Virus record (IMG/VR): IMGVR_UViG_2690316263_000015
Location: 1 to 32,035 of that record
Strand: one strand, 5' to 3'
From: a virus
Lineage: Duplodnaviria > Heunggongvirae > Uroviricota > Caudoviricetes
DNA length: 32,035 nucleotides
Shown one piece after another: positions 7,631 to 16,010 of the stretch (its first letter is position 1; each line of letters opens with the position of its first letter). A program made the translations under genes and the position numbers. The notes beneath the pieces were generated by a model that ran no database searches, was not told the DNA's origin, and was given only the letters and a program-made list of their open reading frames with translations.

Positions 7631-7720
7631 GTTTTCACGTCAAAGAGGAAATTGTGAGTAGTGAGTACGGAGAAAATCCTCGTGGGAAAGTATAAAAGAT
7701 TCTTTTTGAGGTTGTCCATT

Positions 7721-7834
7721 ATGAAAGGTATTGAAGTGGAAACTCCCGCGAGCCTTGATTTGACAAGGGCTGCGGCCTTTGCAATTCGCCTTGTGGCGGT
7801 CGCTGTTCTGATTTGGGCTGTGCGTTGGTGGTGA
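7721..7834 (+). CDS. small single-transmembrane protein (37 aa), hypothetical
   Basis: ATG 7721. Translation MKGIEVETPASLDLTRAAAFAIRLVAVAVLIWAVRWW. Stop TGA 7832-7834 sits 1 nt before the next ATG. Confidence 0.25.
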   Translation: MKGIEVETPASLDLTRAAAFAIRLVAVAVLIWAVRWW

Positions 7835-7835
7835 T

Positions 7836-8018
7836 ATGACGCGAAAACACTGGACACACAGAATGCCGCGAACGGCGGTGAAATGGGCACTGGTAGCGAT
7901 ACTGGTGCCTTTTTTCCTGGTGGGCTGCGTCAGCCTGGATAAGGCGCGCCAGCTTTTCGATACAGCTTCTCAGGTCTGTGAAATTGTTGATAGTGTCCGG
8001 CAGTGTATGCAGAACTGA
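7836..8018 (+). CDS. small lipoprotein (60 aa; lipobox LVGC), hypothetical
   Basis: Signal peptide with basic N-region, hydrophobic core WALVAILVPFFLVG, then Cys. Predicted mature peptide about 29 aa (CVSLDKARQLFDTASQVCEIVDSVRQCMQN). Confidence 0.4.
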   Translation: MTRKHWTHRMPRTAVKWALVAILVPFFLVGCVSLDKARQLFDTASQVCEIVDSVRQCMQN

Positions 8019-8060
8019 CCGACGGTGAGAGCAGAATATTTTTTAGAGGAGCGAAATTCT

Positions 8061-8411
8061 ATGCCATCACAAATCCCTCGTGCATGCCGTAAGCGAGGCT
8101 GTGCAGGCACAACGACGGACAGTTCTGGCTACTGCGATAAGCATCGCGGCGAAGGTTGGACACAACATCAACGCGGACTGAGCCGCCACCAGCGTGGCTA
8201 TGGCTCGAAATGGGATGCCATACGTGCGCGCATACTGAAGCGTGATAATCATTTGTGTCAGAACTGCCTGCGCAATGGGAGAGCCGTTGAAGCCAGAACT
8301 GTGGACCACATCATTCCGAAAGCGCATGGCGGTACGGATGCAGACGGTAATCTGCAGAGCCTGTGCTGGCCATGCCACAAGGCGAAGACGGCCCGTGAAC
8401 GGCTTAAGTGA
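8061..8411 (+). CDS. HNH endonuclease (packaging-associated)
   Basis: ATG 8061 after GAGGAG. Cys pairs (CRKRGCAG, CDKH) plus HNH core (VDHIIPKAHGG ... GNLQSLCWPCH); sits directly upstream of terminase small subunit, as in HK97-type packaging modules. Confidence 0.8.
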   Translation: MPSQIPRACRKRGCAGTTTDSSGYCDKHRGEGWTQHQRGLSRHQRGYGSKWDAIRARILKRDNHLCQNCLRNGRAVEARTVDHIIPKAHGGTDADGNLQSLCWPCHKAKTARERLK

Positions 8412-8535
8412 TAATGATTCTCAACTGCCAGAGGGGAGGGCAGGTCAAATCCCTGTGACCTGACGTCTTCCGGACTGCCCGCCCCATCGTTTTTTTATAC
8501 CCGCGAAAAATGAAATTTAACCAGGAGTGCCGCAT

Positions 8536-9030
8536 ATGGCTGGAACGGCGGGGCGTTCCGGGCGTCGCCCCAAGCCAACGGCGCGCAAGGTGCTGGCCGG
8601 AAACCCCGGCAAGCGAGCCCTGAATAAAGATGAACCTGTTTTTACGCCCATCAAAGGTGTTGAGCCACCGGAGTGGTTCGCTGAAGAAGATCTCCCTCTC
8701 GCCACGACCATGTGGCAACTGACAACCAAAGAACTCTGCGGTCAGGGCCTGCTGTGCGTGACTGACCTTGCGGTGCTTGAGCGGTGGTGTGTGGCCTATG
8801 AGTTCTGGCGGCGTGCCGTGAAAAATATTGCCAGACAGGGCAACACCATCACTGGTGCAATGGGCGGCAGGGTCAAAAATCCGGAGCTGACCGCCAAAAA
8901 AGAACAGGAGTCCGAGATGAGCAGCACGGGGGCAATGCTCGGACTCGACCCCAGCAGCCGCCAGCGTCTGATTGGCCTGGCGGGGCAGAAGAAAGCCACT
9001 AACCCGTTTCTGAAAATCATCGAGTCATGA
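8536..9030 (+). CDS. terminase small subunit (P27-family type)
   Basis: ATG 8536. N-terminal [30 protein letters not shown] is characteristic of P27-family small terminase subunits; overlaps the large subunit start (ATGA). Confidence 0.8.
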   Translation: MAGTAGRSGRRPKPTARKVLAGNPGKRALNKDEPVFTPIKGVEPPEWFAEEDLPLATTMWQLTTKELCGQGLLCVTDLAVLERWCVAYEFWRRAVKNIARQGNTITGAMGGRVKNPELTAKKEQESEMSSTGAMLGLDPSSRQRLIGLAGQKKATNPFLKIIES

Positions 9031-10760
9031 GCCGGAAATCTTACCCCAACGTAAATGCTGCCAATCAGTATGCCCGTGATGTCGTGCGCGGAAAGATTGT
9101 GGCCTGCCAGTTTGTGATTCAGGCCTGCCAGCGCCATCTTGATGACCTGATGGCGGAAAAAAGTAAGTCGTTTCGTTACCGCTTCGACAAGGACCTGGCT
9201 GAACGGGCCGCCAAATTTATTCAGCTGTTGCCGCACACCAAGGGTGAGTGGGCATTTAAGAGGATGCCCATCACGCTGGAGCCGTGGCAGCTCTTTGTGA
9301 TCTGCTGCGCGTTTGGCTGGGTCAATAAAGGCTCCCGGCTGCGCCGCTTCCGTGAGGTGTATACCGAAATCCCCCGTAAGAACGGCAAATCAGCAATCTC
9401 TGCCGGTGTTGCCCTGTATTGTTTTGCCTGTGATAACGAGTTTGGCGCGGAAGTGTATTCCGGTGCCACGACAGAGAAACAGGCGTGGGAAGTCTTTCGC
9501 CCGGCGCGACTGATGTGTAAACGCACACCCATGCTGACGGAAGCGTTCGGGATTGAGGTTAACGCCTCAAACATGAACCGTCCGGAGGATGGCGCGCGGT
9601 TTGAACCGCTGATCGGTAACCCCGGTGATGGTTCATCACCCCACTGTGCGGTGGTGGATGAATATCACGAGCACGCCACCGATGCGCTTTATACCACGAT
9701 GCTTACCGGGATGGGGGCGCGACGTCAGCCACTGATGTGGGCCATCACCACCGCCGGGTACAACATTGAGGGGCCGTGCTACGACAAGCGGCGGGAAGTT
9801 ATCGAGATGCTCAACGGTTCGGTACCCAACGATGAACTGTTCGGGATCATCTATACCGTTGACGAAGGCGATGACTGGACCGACCCGCAGGTGCTGGAAA
9901 AAGCCAACCCGAATATTGGCGTGTCGGTTTATCGCGAATTTTTGTTAAGTCAGCAGCAGCGTGCGAAAAATAACGCCCGTCTGGCAAACGTCTTTAAAAC
10001 AAAACACCTCAATATCTGGGTGTCGGCGCGTTCGGCGTATTTCAACCTGGTGAGCTGGCAGAGCTGCGAGGATAAATCACTGACCCTTGAGCAGTTCGAG
10101 GGGCAGCCGTGCATTCTGGCCTTTGACCTGGCGCGTAAGCTGGATATGAACAGCATGGCGCGACTTTATACCCGCGAGATTGACGGTAAAACGCATTACT
10201 ACAGTGTGGCCCCGCGTTTCTGGGTACCGTATGACACGGTGTACAGCGTCGAGAAAAATGAAGATCGCCGGACAGCCGAACGCTTTCAGAAATGGGTGGA
10301 AATGGGCGTTCTGACTGTTACCGCTGGTGCGGAGGTGGATTATCGCTACATCCTCGAGGAGGCCAAAGCGGCGAACAAAATCAGCCCGGTCAGTGAGTCA
10401 CCCATCGACCCCTTCGGGGCGACCGGGCTGTCGCATGACCTTGCTGATGAAGACCTGAACCCCATCACCATCATTCAGAACTACACCAACATGTCCGATC
10501 CGATGAAAGAGCTGGAAGCGGCGATTGAATCGGGGCGCTTTCATCATGACGGCAATCCCATCATGACCTGGTGTATCGGCAACGTGGTCGGCAAAACCAT
10601 TCCGGGTAACGATGATGTGGTGAAGCCTGTCAAGGAGCAGGCGGAAAACAAAATCGATGGTGCGGTTGCACTGATTATGGCGATCGGTCGGGCAATGCTC
10701 AAAGAACCCGACGATTTCCTCTCATCTCTTGATCCGGACGATGCTCTCTTAATTCTATGA
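9027..10760 (+). CDS. terminase large subunit
   Basis: 577 aa. ATPase region ([25 protein letters not shown], Walker-A-like) and C-terminal nuclease region; position and size typical of HK97-type TerL. Confidence 0.9.
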   Translation: MSRKSYPNVNAANQYARDVVRGKIVACQFVIQACQRHLDDLMAEKSKSFRYRFDKDLAERAAKFIQLLPHTKGEWAFKRMPITLEPWQLFVICCAFGWVNKGSRLRRFREVYTEIPRKNGKSAISAGVALYCFACDNEFGAEVYSGATTEKQAWEVFRPARLMCKRTPMLTEAFGIEVNASNMNRPEDGARFEPLIGNPGDGSSPHCAVVDEYHEHATDALYTTMLTGMGARRQPLMWAITTAGYNIEGPCYDKRREVIEMLNGSVPNDELFGIIYTVDEGDDWTDPQVLEKANPNIGVSVYREFLLSQQQRAKNNARLANVFKTKHLNIWVSARSAYFNLVSWQSCEDKSLTLEQFEGQPCILAFDLARKLDMNSMARLYTREIDGKTHYYSVAPRFWVPYDTVYSVEKNEDRRTAERFQKWVEMGVLTVTAGAEVDYRYILEEAKAANKISPVSESPIDPFGATGLSHDLADEDLNPITIIQNYTNMSDPMKELEAAIESGRFHHDGNPIMTWCIGNVVGKTIPGNDDVVKPVKEQAENKIDGAVALIMAIGRAMLKEPDDFLSSLDPDDALLIL

Positions 10761-10918
10761 AATCACTAATTGCTGATGTTATCGGGTTGGCTGGTTTTGG
10801 CCTGCTTACGTGCGGGTTTTACCTGCAGTTTGGTATGGCTCCGGCTCTGATGCTGTCCGGCGGTTTACTGCTGGTGGGCGCACTGGCTATGGCCAGAAGG
10901 GGGACGCGTGCTGCTTGA
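10757..10918 (+). CDS. small hydrophobic protein (53 aa), hypothetical
   Basis: ATG 10757 overlaps the TerL stop. Translation [53 protein letters not shown]. Ends just inside the portal gene start. Not in ORF track. Confidence 0.25.
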   Translation: MKSLIADVIGLAGFGLLTCGFYLQFGMAPALMLSGGLLLVGALAMARRGTRAA

Positions 10919-12134
10919 TGCTCTGTTCAGAAGTAAATCACTGGAGAATCCTTCCACCCCGATAACCGGGGATGCCGTTGATACTGATGGGCTGTTCCGG
11001 GCAGACGTTTATGTCAGTCCTGAAACTGCGATGAAACTGGCTGCGGTGTATTCCTGTATCTATGTCCTGTCTTCCAGCCTTGCCCAGATGCCGTTGCATG
11101 TTATGCGCAGGCACAATGGGAAGGTTGAGCCCGCACGCGATCATCCGGCGTTTTATCTGGTTCATGATGAGCCCAATACCTGGCAAACCAGTTACAAATG
11201 GCGCGAACTGAAGCAACGTCACATCCTTGGCTGGGGGAATGGGTATACCTGGGTGAAACGTAATCGTCGCGGTGAAGTCATATCCCTGGATTGCTGTATG
11301 CCGTGGGAAACGACGCTGATGAATACTGGTGGCCGATACACCTACGGTTTGTACAACGAATATGGGGCGTTTGCGATCAGCCCCGACGATATGATCCACA
11401 TCCGTGCGCTGGGTAATAATCAGAAGATGGGGCTGAGTCCGATTATGCAACATGCCGAAACAATAGGCATGGGGATGAGCGGTCAGAAATACACAGAAAG
11501 CTTCTTCAGCGGTAATGCCCGTCCGGCGGGGATAGTATCCGTTAAAAGCGGACTCAATAAGGACAGCTGGGGCTGGCTTAAAGATCAGTGGCAGAAGGCA
11601 TCGCAGGCGTTACGCAGCCAGGAAAACAAAACCATGCTGCTGCCAGCCGATCTGGATTACAAGGCACTGACTGTGTCGCCAGTTGACGCTCAGATCATTG
11701 ACATGATGAAACTGAACCGTTCAATGATTGCCGGTATTTTCAATATTCCTGCGCACATGATTAATGACCTCGAAAAAGCCACCTTCTCCAATATTTCTGC
11801 GCAGGCGATTCAGTTTGTCCGCTACACGATGATGCCGTGGGTGACGAACTGGGAGCAGGAGCTTAACCGTCGCTTGTTTACCCGCGCTGAGTTAGCCGCC
11901 GGGTATTACGTCAGGTTCAATCTGACGGGGCTTTTACGCGGAACTCCGCAGGAGCGCGCGCAATTCTATCACTTCGCTATTACCGATGGATGGATGAGCC
12001 GTAATGAGGCCCGCGCATTCGAGGATATGAATCCGGTTGAAGGGCTGGATGAGATGCTGGTAAGCGTGAATGCTGCTAACCCGGCAGGAGATTTTAAGCC
12101 CCCAAAAAATGATGAGGGAAAAACCAATGAATGA
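10908..12134 (+). CDS. portal protein (HK97 family)
   Basis: GTG 10908 after AAGGGGG. 408 aa; size and position (after TerL, before prohead protease) fit HK97-family portal; C-terminal acidic tail. Confidence 0.85.
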   Translation: MLLDALFRSKSLENPSTPITGDAVDTDGLFRADVYVSPETAMKLAAVYSCIYVLSSSLAQMPLHVMRRHNGKVEPARDHPAFYLVHDEPNTWQTSYKWRELKQRHILGWGNGYTWVKRNRRGEVISLDCCMPWETTLMNTGGRYTYGLYNEYGAFAISPDDMIHIRALGNNQKMGLSPIMQHAETIGMGMSGQKYTESFFSGNARPAGIVSVKSGLNKDSWGWLKDQWQKASQALRSQENKTMLLPADLDYKALTVSPVDAQIIDMMKLNRSMIAGIFNIPAHMINDLEKATFSNISAQAIQFVRYTMMPWVTNWEQELNRRLFTRAELAAGYYVRFNLTGLLRGTPQERAQFYHFAITDGWMSRNEARAFEDMNPVEGLDEMLVSVNAANPAGDFKPPKNDEGKTNE

Positions 12135-12729
12135 CCGTGAAATCCGTTGTTACAGCGGTGAGGTGCGTGCTGAGCGGCATGACGATAACCCTGCGCACAT
12201 TATCGGTTATGGATCGGTGTTTGACTGTCGTTCTGAGCTGATATTTGGTTCATTCCGCGAAATCATCCGGCCCGGCGCTTTTGACGATGTGCTTGGTGAT
12301 GATGTACGCGCACTGTTTAACCACGATCCTAATTTTATTCTTGGGCGTAGTGCAGCAGGCACGCTGAATCTTTCAGTTGATGAGCGCGGATTGCGCTATG
12401 ACATCCAGGCTCCGGAGACACAGACCATTCGTGATCTGGTGCTGGCCCCGATGCAACGTGGAGATATTAACCAGTCATCTTTTGCTTTCCGTGTCGCCCG
12501 TGACGGCGAGGAGTGGTATCAGGATGAGGACGGGGTTGTTATTCGCGAGATAACCCGCTTTTCCCGTCTGCTGGATGTCAGTCCTGTGACATATCCTGCC
12601 TATCAGGAGGCTGACTCGGCTGTTCGCTCCATGAAAGCATGGCAGGAGGCGCGCAACAGCGGCGCGCTACAGAAAGCCATTAATCAACGTATGGCGCGTG
12701 AGCGCGTCCTGACCCTTCTTAACGCGTAA
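12127..12729 (+). CDS. prohead maturation protease (HK97/S78 family)
   Basis: ATG 12127 after GAGGGA. 200 aa, sits between portal and major capsid genes as in HK97-type head modules; assignment is by position and overall resemblance, catalytic residues not mapped. Confidence 0.85.
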   Translation: MNDREIRCYSGEVRAERHDDNPAHIIGYGSVFDCRSELIFGSFREIIRPGAFDDVLGDDVRALFNHDPNFILGRSAAGTLNLSVDERGLRYDIQAPETQTIRDLVLAPMQRGDINQSSFAFRVARDGEEWYQDEDGVVIREITRFSRLLDVSPVTYPAYQEADSAVRSMKAWQEARNSGALQKAINQRMARERVLTLLNA

Positions 12730-12739
12730 AGGAAACATC

Positions 12740-13969
12740 ATGAAACTGCATGAACTGAAACAGAAACGTAATACTATCGCAACTGACATGCGTGCCCTGA
12801 ATGAAAAAATTGGTGATAACGCATGGACGGAAGAGCAGCGCACTGAGTGGAACAAAGCAAAATCCGAACTGGAAGCGCTTGATGAACGAATTGCACGCGA
12901 AGAAGAACTGCGTCGTCAGGATCAGGCGTACATTGAAAGCAATGAGGAAGAGCAGCGTCAGAATCTTGATCCGGAAAACAATCCGCAACAGGATGAGAAA
13001 CGAGCTCAGGTTTTTGATAAGTGGATGCGTCACGGTGCCAGTGAGCTGACATCAGAAGAACGAAAGGCGTTGCGTGAACTTCGTGCCCAGGGCGTAGCTC
13101 AGGATGAAAAGGGCGGATATACCGTACCAGAAACATTCCTGGCGAAAGTTGTTGAGAAGATGAAATCCTACGGTGGCATCGCCAGTGTGGCGCAGATTCT
13201 TACCACTTCTGACGGTCGCACTATGGAGTGGGCAACAGCTGATGGTACTTCCGAAGTTGGTGTTCTGCTGGGCGAAAATGAAGAAGCCGGTGAAGAAGAC
13301 ACCGATTTCGGTATGGGAAGCCTTGGGGCGCTCAAAATGACATCGAAAATAATTCGTGTGTCTAATGAGTTGCTGCAGGACAGTGCGATCGATATGGAAG
13401 CTTATCTTGCCCGTCGCATTGCTGAACGTATTGGTCGTGGTGAAGCCCGTTATCTGATTCAGGGGACGGGGGCTGGTACGCCTAAACAACCCAAAGGGCT
13501 GGCAGCATCAGTGACCGGCACAACACAGACTGCCGCGGCAAATGCGGTGAAGTGGCAGGAAATTCTGGCTCTGAAACACAGCATTGATCCTGCATATCGT
13601 CGCGGACCGAAATTCCGCCTGGCGTTTAACGATAATACGCTGAAACTGATCAGTGAGATGGAAGACGGTCAGGGACGCCCTTTATGGTTGCCGGATATTG
13701 TTGGTGTGGCACCTGCTTCAGTGTTGAATGTACCGTATGTCATTGATCAGGAAATTGATGATATCGGGGCGGGTAAAAAATTCATGTTCTGTGGTGACTT
13801 TGATCGCTTCATTATCCGTCGTGTGCGATACATGATTCTTAAACGTCTGGTTGAGCGTTACGCGGAATATGATCAGACCGGTTTTCTGGCCTTCCATCGT
13901 TTTGACTGTATCCTGGAAGACACCTCTGCCATTAAAGCGCTGGTGGGGAAAGGTAGCGTTGGTGGTTGA
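12740..13969 (+). CDS. major capsid protein (HK97 family, with N-terminal delta/scaffold domain)
   Basis: 409 aa. N-terminal coiled-coil-like charged region (EEQRTEWNKAKSELEALDERIAREEELRRQ) followed by a capsid core; immediately after the prohead protease. Confidence 0.9.
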   Translation: MKLHELKQKRNTIATDMRALNEKIGDNAWTEEQRTEWNKAKSELEALDERIAREEELRRQDQAYIESNEEEQRQNLDPENNPQQDEKRAQVFDKWMRHGASELTSEERKALRELRAQGVAQDEKGGYTVPETFLAKVVEKMKSYGGIASVAQILTTSDGRTMEWATADGTSEVGVLLGENEEAGEEDTDFGMGSLGALKMTSKIIRVSNELLQDSAIDMEAYLARRIAERIGRGEARYLIQGTGAGTPKQPKGLAASVTGTTQTAAANAVKWQEILALKHSIDPAYRRGPKFRLAFNDNTLKLISEMEDGQGRPLWLPDIVGVAPASVLNVPYVIDQEIDDIGAGKKFMFCGDFDRFIIRRVRYMILKRLVERYAEYDQTGFLAFHRFDCILEDTSAIKALVGKGSVGG

Positions 13970-13994
13970 TTAGTCTTTTTACGTAATACAGCAC

Positions 13995-14037
13995 GCCGCG
14001 TAATGCGGTTTTTTTGTGCCCGCGTTCTGGCGGGCAC
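13995..14037 (+). terminator. two hairpins after the capsid gene (weak terminator/attenuator plus structured leader)
   Basis: CCGC-gtaat-GCGG followed by T7, then GTGCCCGC-gttctg-GCGGGCAC immediately before the SD of the next gene. Confidence 0.35.
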
Positions 14038-14047
14038 AGGAGGTTTT

Positions 14048-14371
14048 ATGCTGTTAAAAATGGAAGAGATTAAGCTTCAGCTTCGTCTGGATGATGATTT
14101 CTCTGATGAAGATGAGTTGCTTGAACTACTTGGGAAGGCCGCTCAGAGTCGGACGGAAAACTTCCTTAACCGTACGTTGTATGCAACCGCAGATGACAAG
14201 CCTGCGGATGATCCTGATGGGCTTGTGATATCTGATGATGTGAAGCTGGCGCTCCTGCTACTTGTCAGCCATTTCTACGAAAATCGCTCAACGGTTACAG
14301 ACGTTGAGAAAATGGAGTTGCCAATGAGCTTTAACTGGTTGGTTGCTCCTTATCGCCTTATACCACTATGA
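14048..14371 (+). CDS. head-tail connector protein (gp6-like)
   Basis: ATG 14048 after GGAGG. 107 aa, acidic, first gene after the capsid gene; typical of gp6-like head-tail connectors. Confidence 0.6.
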   Translation: MLLKMEEIKLQLRLDDDFSDEDELLELLGKAAQSRTENFLNRTLYATADDKPADDPDGLVISDDVKLALLLLVSHFYENRSTVTDVEKMELPMSFNWLVAPYRLIPL

Positions 14372-14778
14372 AAATTCGTCAGGCGCAGACCAGCGCAACC
14401 TACATTCTGCCTGACCCAGGCGAGCTGAATAAACGCGTCCTGATCCGCCAGCGGGTGGATATGCCCGCGGATAACTTTGGCGTGGAGCCTCAATACCCGG
14501 TTGCGTTCCGGGCATGGGCGAAGGTTATCCAGACCAGTGCCACCACCTGGCAGGAAACCGCGCAGATCGGAGATGCCATCACCCATTACATCACCATTCG
14601 CTACCGCCGGGGGATCACTGCTGATTATGAGGTGGTCTGTGATGACAGTGTGTACCGGGTGAAACGTCAGCGTGATCTGAACGGGGCGCGGCGCTTTCTG
14701 CTGCTGGAGTGTACGGAACTGGGTGCCGAAGAACAAATGGGAGGACGCAGTGGAGCAGACAGCATTTTTACACGTTGA
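14368..14778 (+). CDS. head-tail adaptor / head closure protein
   Basis: ATGA overlap with the previous gene. 136 aa; position between connector and gp10-like protein. Confidence 0.55.
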   Translation: MKIRQAQTSATYILPDPGELNKRVLIRQRVDMPADNFGVEPQYPVAFRAWAKVIQTSATTWQETAQIGDAITHYITIRYRRGITADYEVVCDDSVYRVKRQRDLNGARRFLLLECTELGAEEQMGGRSGADSIFTR

Positions 14779-15274
14779 TTTCAAACAACCGGAGGAGATG
14801 GAGTTTAATCGTGCCAGGCTCCGAAGGGCATTTGTTCAAATCGGGCGTGTCTATATGCGTGATGCCCGGCGGCTGGTGATGCGACGTGGTCGGTCTGCTC
14901 CAGGTGAAAACCCCGGCTATCAGACCGGACGACTTGCGCGTTCTATAGGTTATTACGTCCCCCGTAAAAGCTCCCGTCGTTCTGGCCTGATGGTCAGGAT
15001 TTCCCCTAACCAGAAAAACGGGCAGGGTAACCGGCGTTTTCCTGAAGGTTCTGCGTATTATCCGGCGTTTCTGTATTACGGTGTGCGTCATGCCGCATAC
15101 GGGATGAGCAAAAAGGATAAGCGCCAGAAAAAGCAGCATTCATCCCGCTGGCGGCTGGCACCACGTAATAACTTTATGGCTGATGTCATCGACCAGCGTC
15201 GTTACTGGACACAAAAGTTACTGTCCCGTGAGTTACAGCGGTCATTACGTCCTGTAAGAAGGAAAAAAACATGA
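14750..15274 (+). CDS. HK97 gp10-family tail/neck component
   Basis: Probable GTG 14750 after GGGAGGA (the ORF track starts at 14723 and overlaps the previous gene by 56 nt). Basic protein; position after head-tail adaptor. Confidence 0.5.
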   Translation: MEQTAFLHVDFKQPEEMEFNRARLRRAFVQIGRVYMRDARRLVMRRGRSAPGENPGYQTGRLARSIGYYVPRKSSRRSGLMVRISPNQKNGQGNRRFPEGSAYYPAFLYYGVRHAAYGMSKKDKRQKKQHSSRWRLAPRNNFMADVIDQRRYWTQKLLSRELQRSLRPVRRKKT

Positions 15275-15831
15275 AACTGACGCCTGTTATTGCTGCGCTG
15301 CGTGCCCGCTGCCCGTATTTTGAAAACCGGGTGGCAGGTGCGGCCCAGTTCAAAAATCTGCCGGAGGTCGGAAAGCTGAAACTCCCGGCGGCATATGTGG
15401 TACCGGGGGATGATTCTCCGGGAGAAAACAAAAGCCAGACCGACTACTGGCAGGAACTGAAAGAGGGCTTCTCCGTGATTGTCATACTGAGTAACGGGCG
15501 TGATGAGCGCGGTCAGTTTGCCTCGTATGATGTGGTGGGCGATGTCCGGCAGATGCTCTTTAAGGCCCTGCTGGGCTGGAACCCGGAAGCGTGCGGTAAC
15601 CCGATTACCTATGACGGCGGCACGCTGCTGGATCTGAATCGTCATGAGCTGATTTATCAGTTCGATTTTTCGGTCATCAGCGAGCTGACCGAAGACGATA
15701 CCCGCCAGCAGGATGAGCTGAACAGTCTGGATGAACTGCGAACGCTGGCGATTGATGTTGATTATCTCGATCCCGGTAACGGGCCTGACGGCGATATCGA
15801 ACATCACACCGAAATAACCCTTCCTTCCTGA
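15271..15831 (+). CDS. tail-associated protein upstream of sheath (tail completion/terminator-like), function uncertain
   Basis: ATGA overlap with the previous gene. 186 aa acidic protein immediately upstream of the sheath gene cluster. Confidence 0.4.
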   Translation: MKLTPVIAALRARCPYFENRVAGAAQFKNLPEVGKLKLPAAYVVPGDDSPGENKSQTDYWQELKEGFSVIVILSNGRDERGQFASYDVVGDVRQMLFKALLGWNPEACGNPITYDGGTLLDLNRHELIYQFDFSVISELTEDDTRQQDELNSLDELRTLAIDVDYLDPGNGPDGDIEHHTEITLPS

Positions 15832-15839
15832 GAATCTTC

Positions 15840-16010
15840 ATGTTTGTGAAACCTGTTAAAGGGCGGTCAGTGCCTGACCCTGCCCGCGGTGACCTTTTGC
15901 CCACCGAAGGGCGAAATGTTGATGAGAACAACTACTGGCTGCGCCGTGAAGCAGCGGGTGATATCCGGCGCGTGAATAAAAAGGTGAACACCGATGACGA
16001 TAAGCTTTAA
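15840..16010 (+). CDS. small protein (56 aa) preceding the sheath gene, hypothetical
   Basis: ATG 15840. Translation MFVKPVKGRSVPDPARGDLLPTEGRNVDENNYWLRREAAGDIRRVNKKVNTDDDKL. Overlaps the sheath start by 17 nt. Not in ORF track. Confidence 0.3.
   Translation: MFVKPVKGRSVPDPARGDLLPTEGRNVDENNYWLRREAAGDIRRVNKKVNTDDDKL

Noticed and set aside
6860-7700. Embedded or adjacent Rz/Rz1-type spanin genes after the endolysin
   Set aside because: No type II membrane protein ORF with a nested proline-rich lipoprotein ORF was found by inspection. The region after the endolysin is a terminator followed by a soluble Cys-rich ORF.
10938-11453. 171-aa minus-strand ORF inside the portal gene; likewise 15202-15807, 20911-21408 and 23138-23596 on the minus strand
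   Set aside because: They lie entirely antisense within well-supported structural genes, have no SD and no recognisable domains. Treated as chance ORFs in GC-rich coding DNA.
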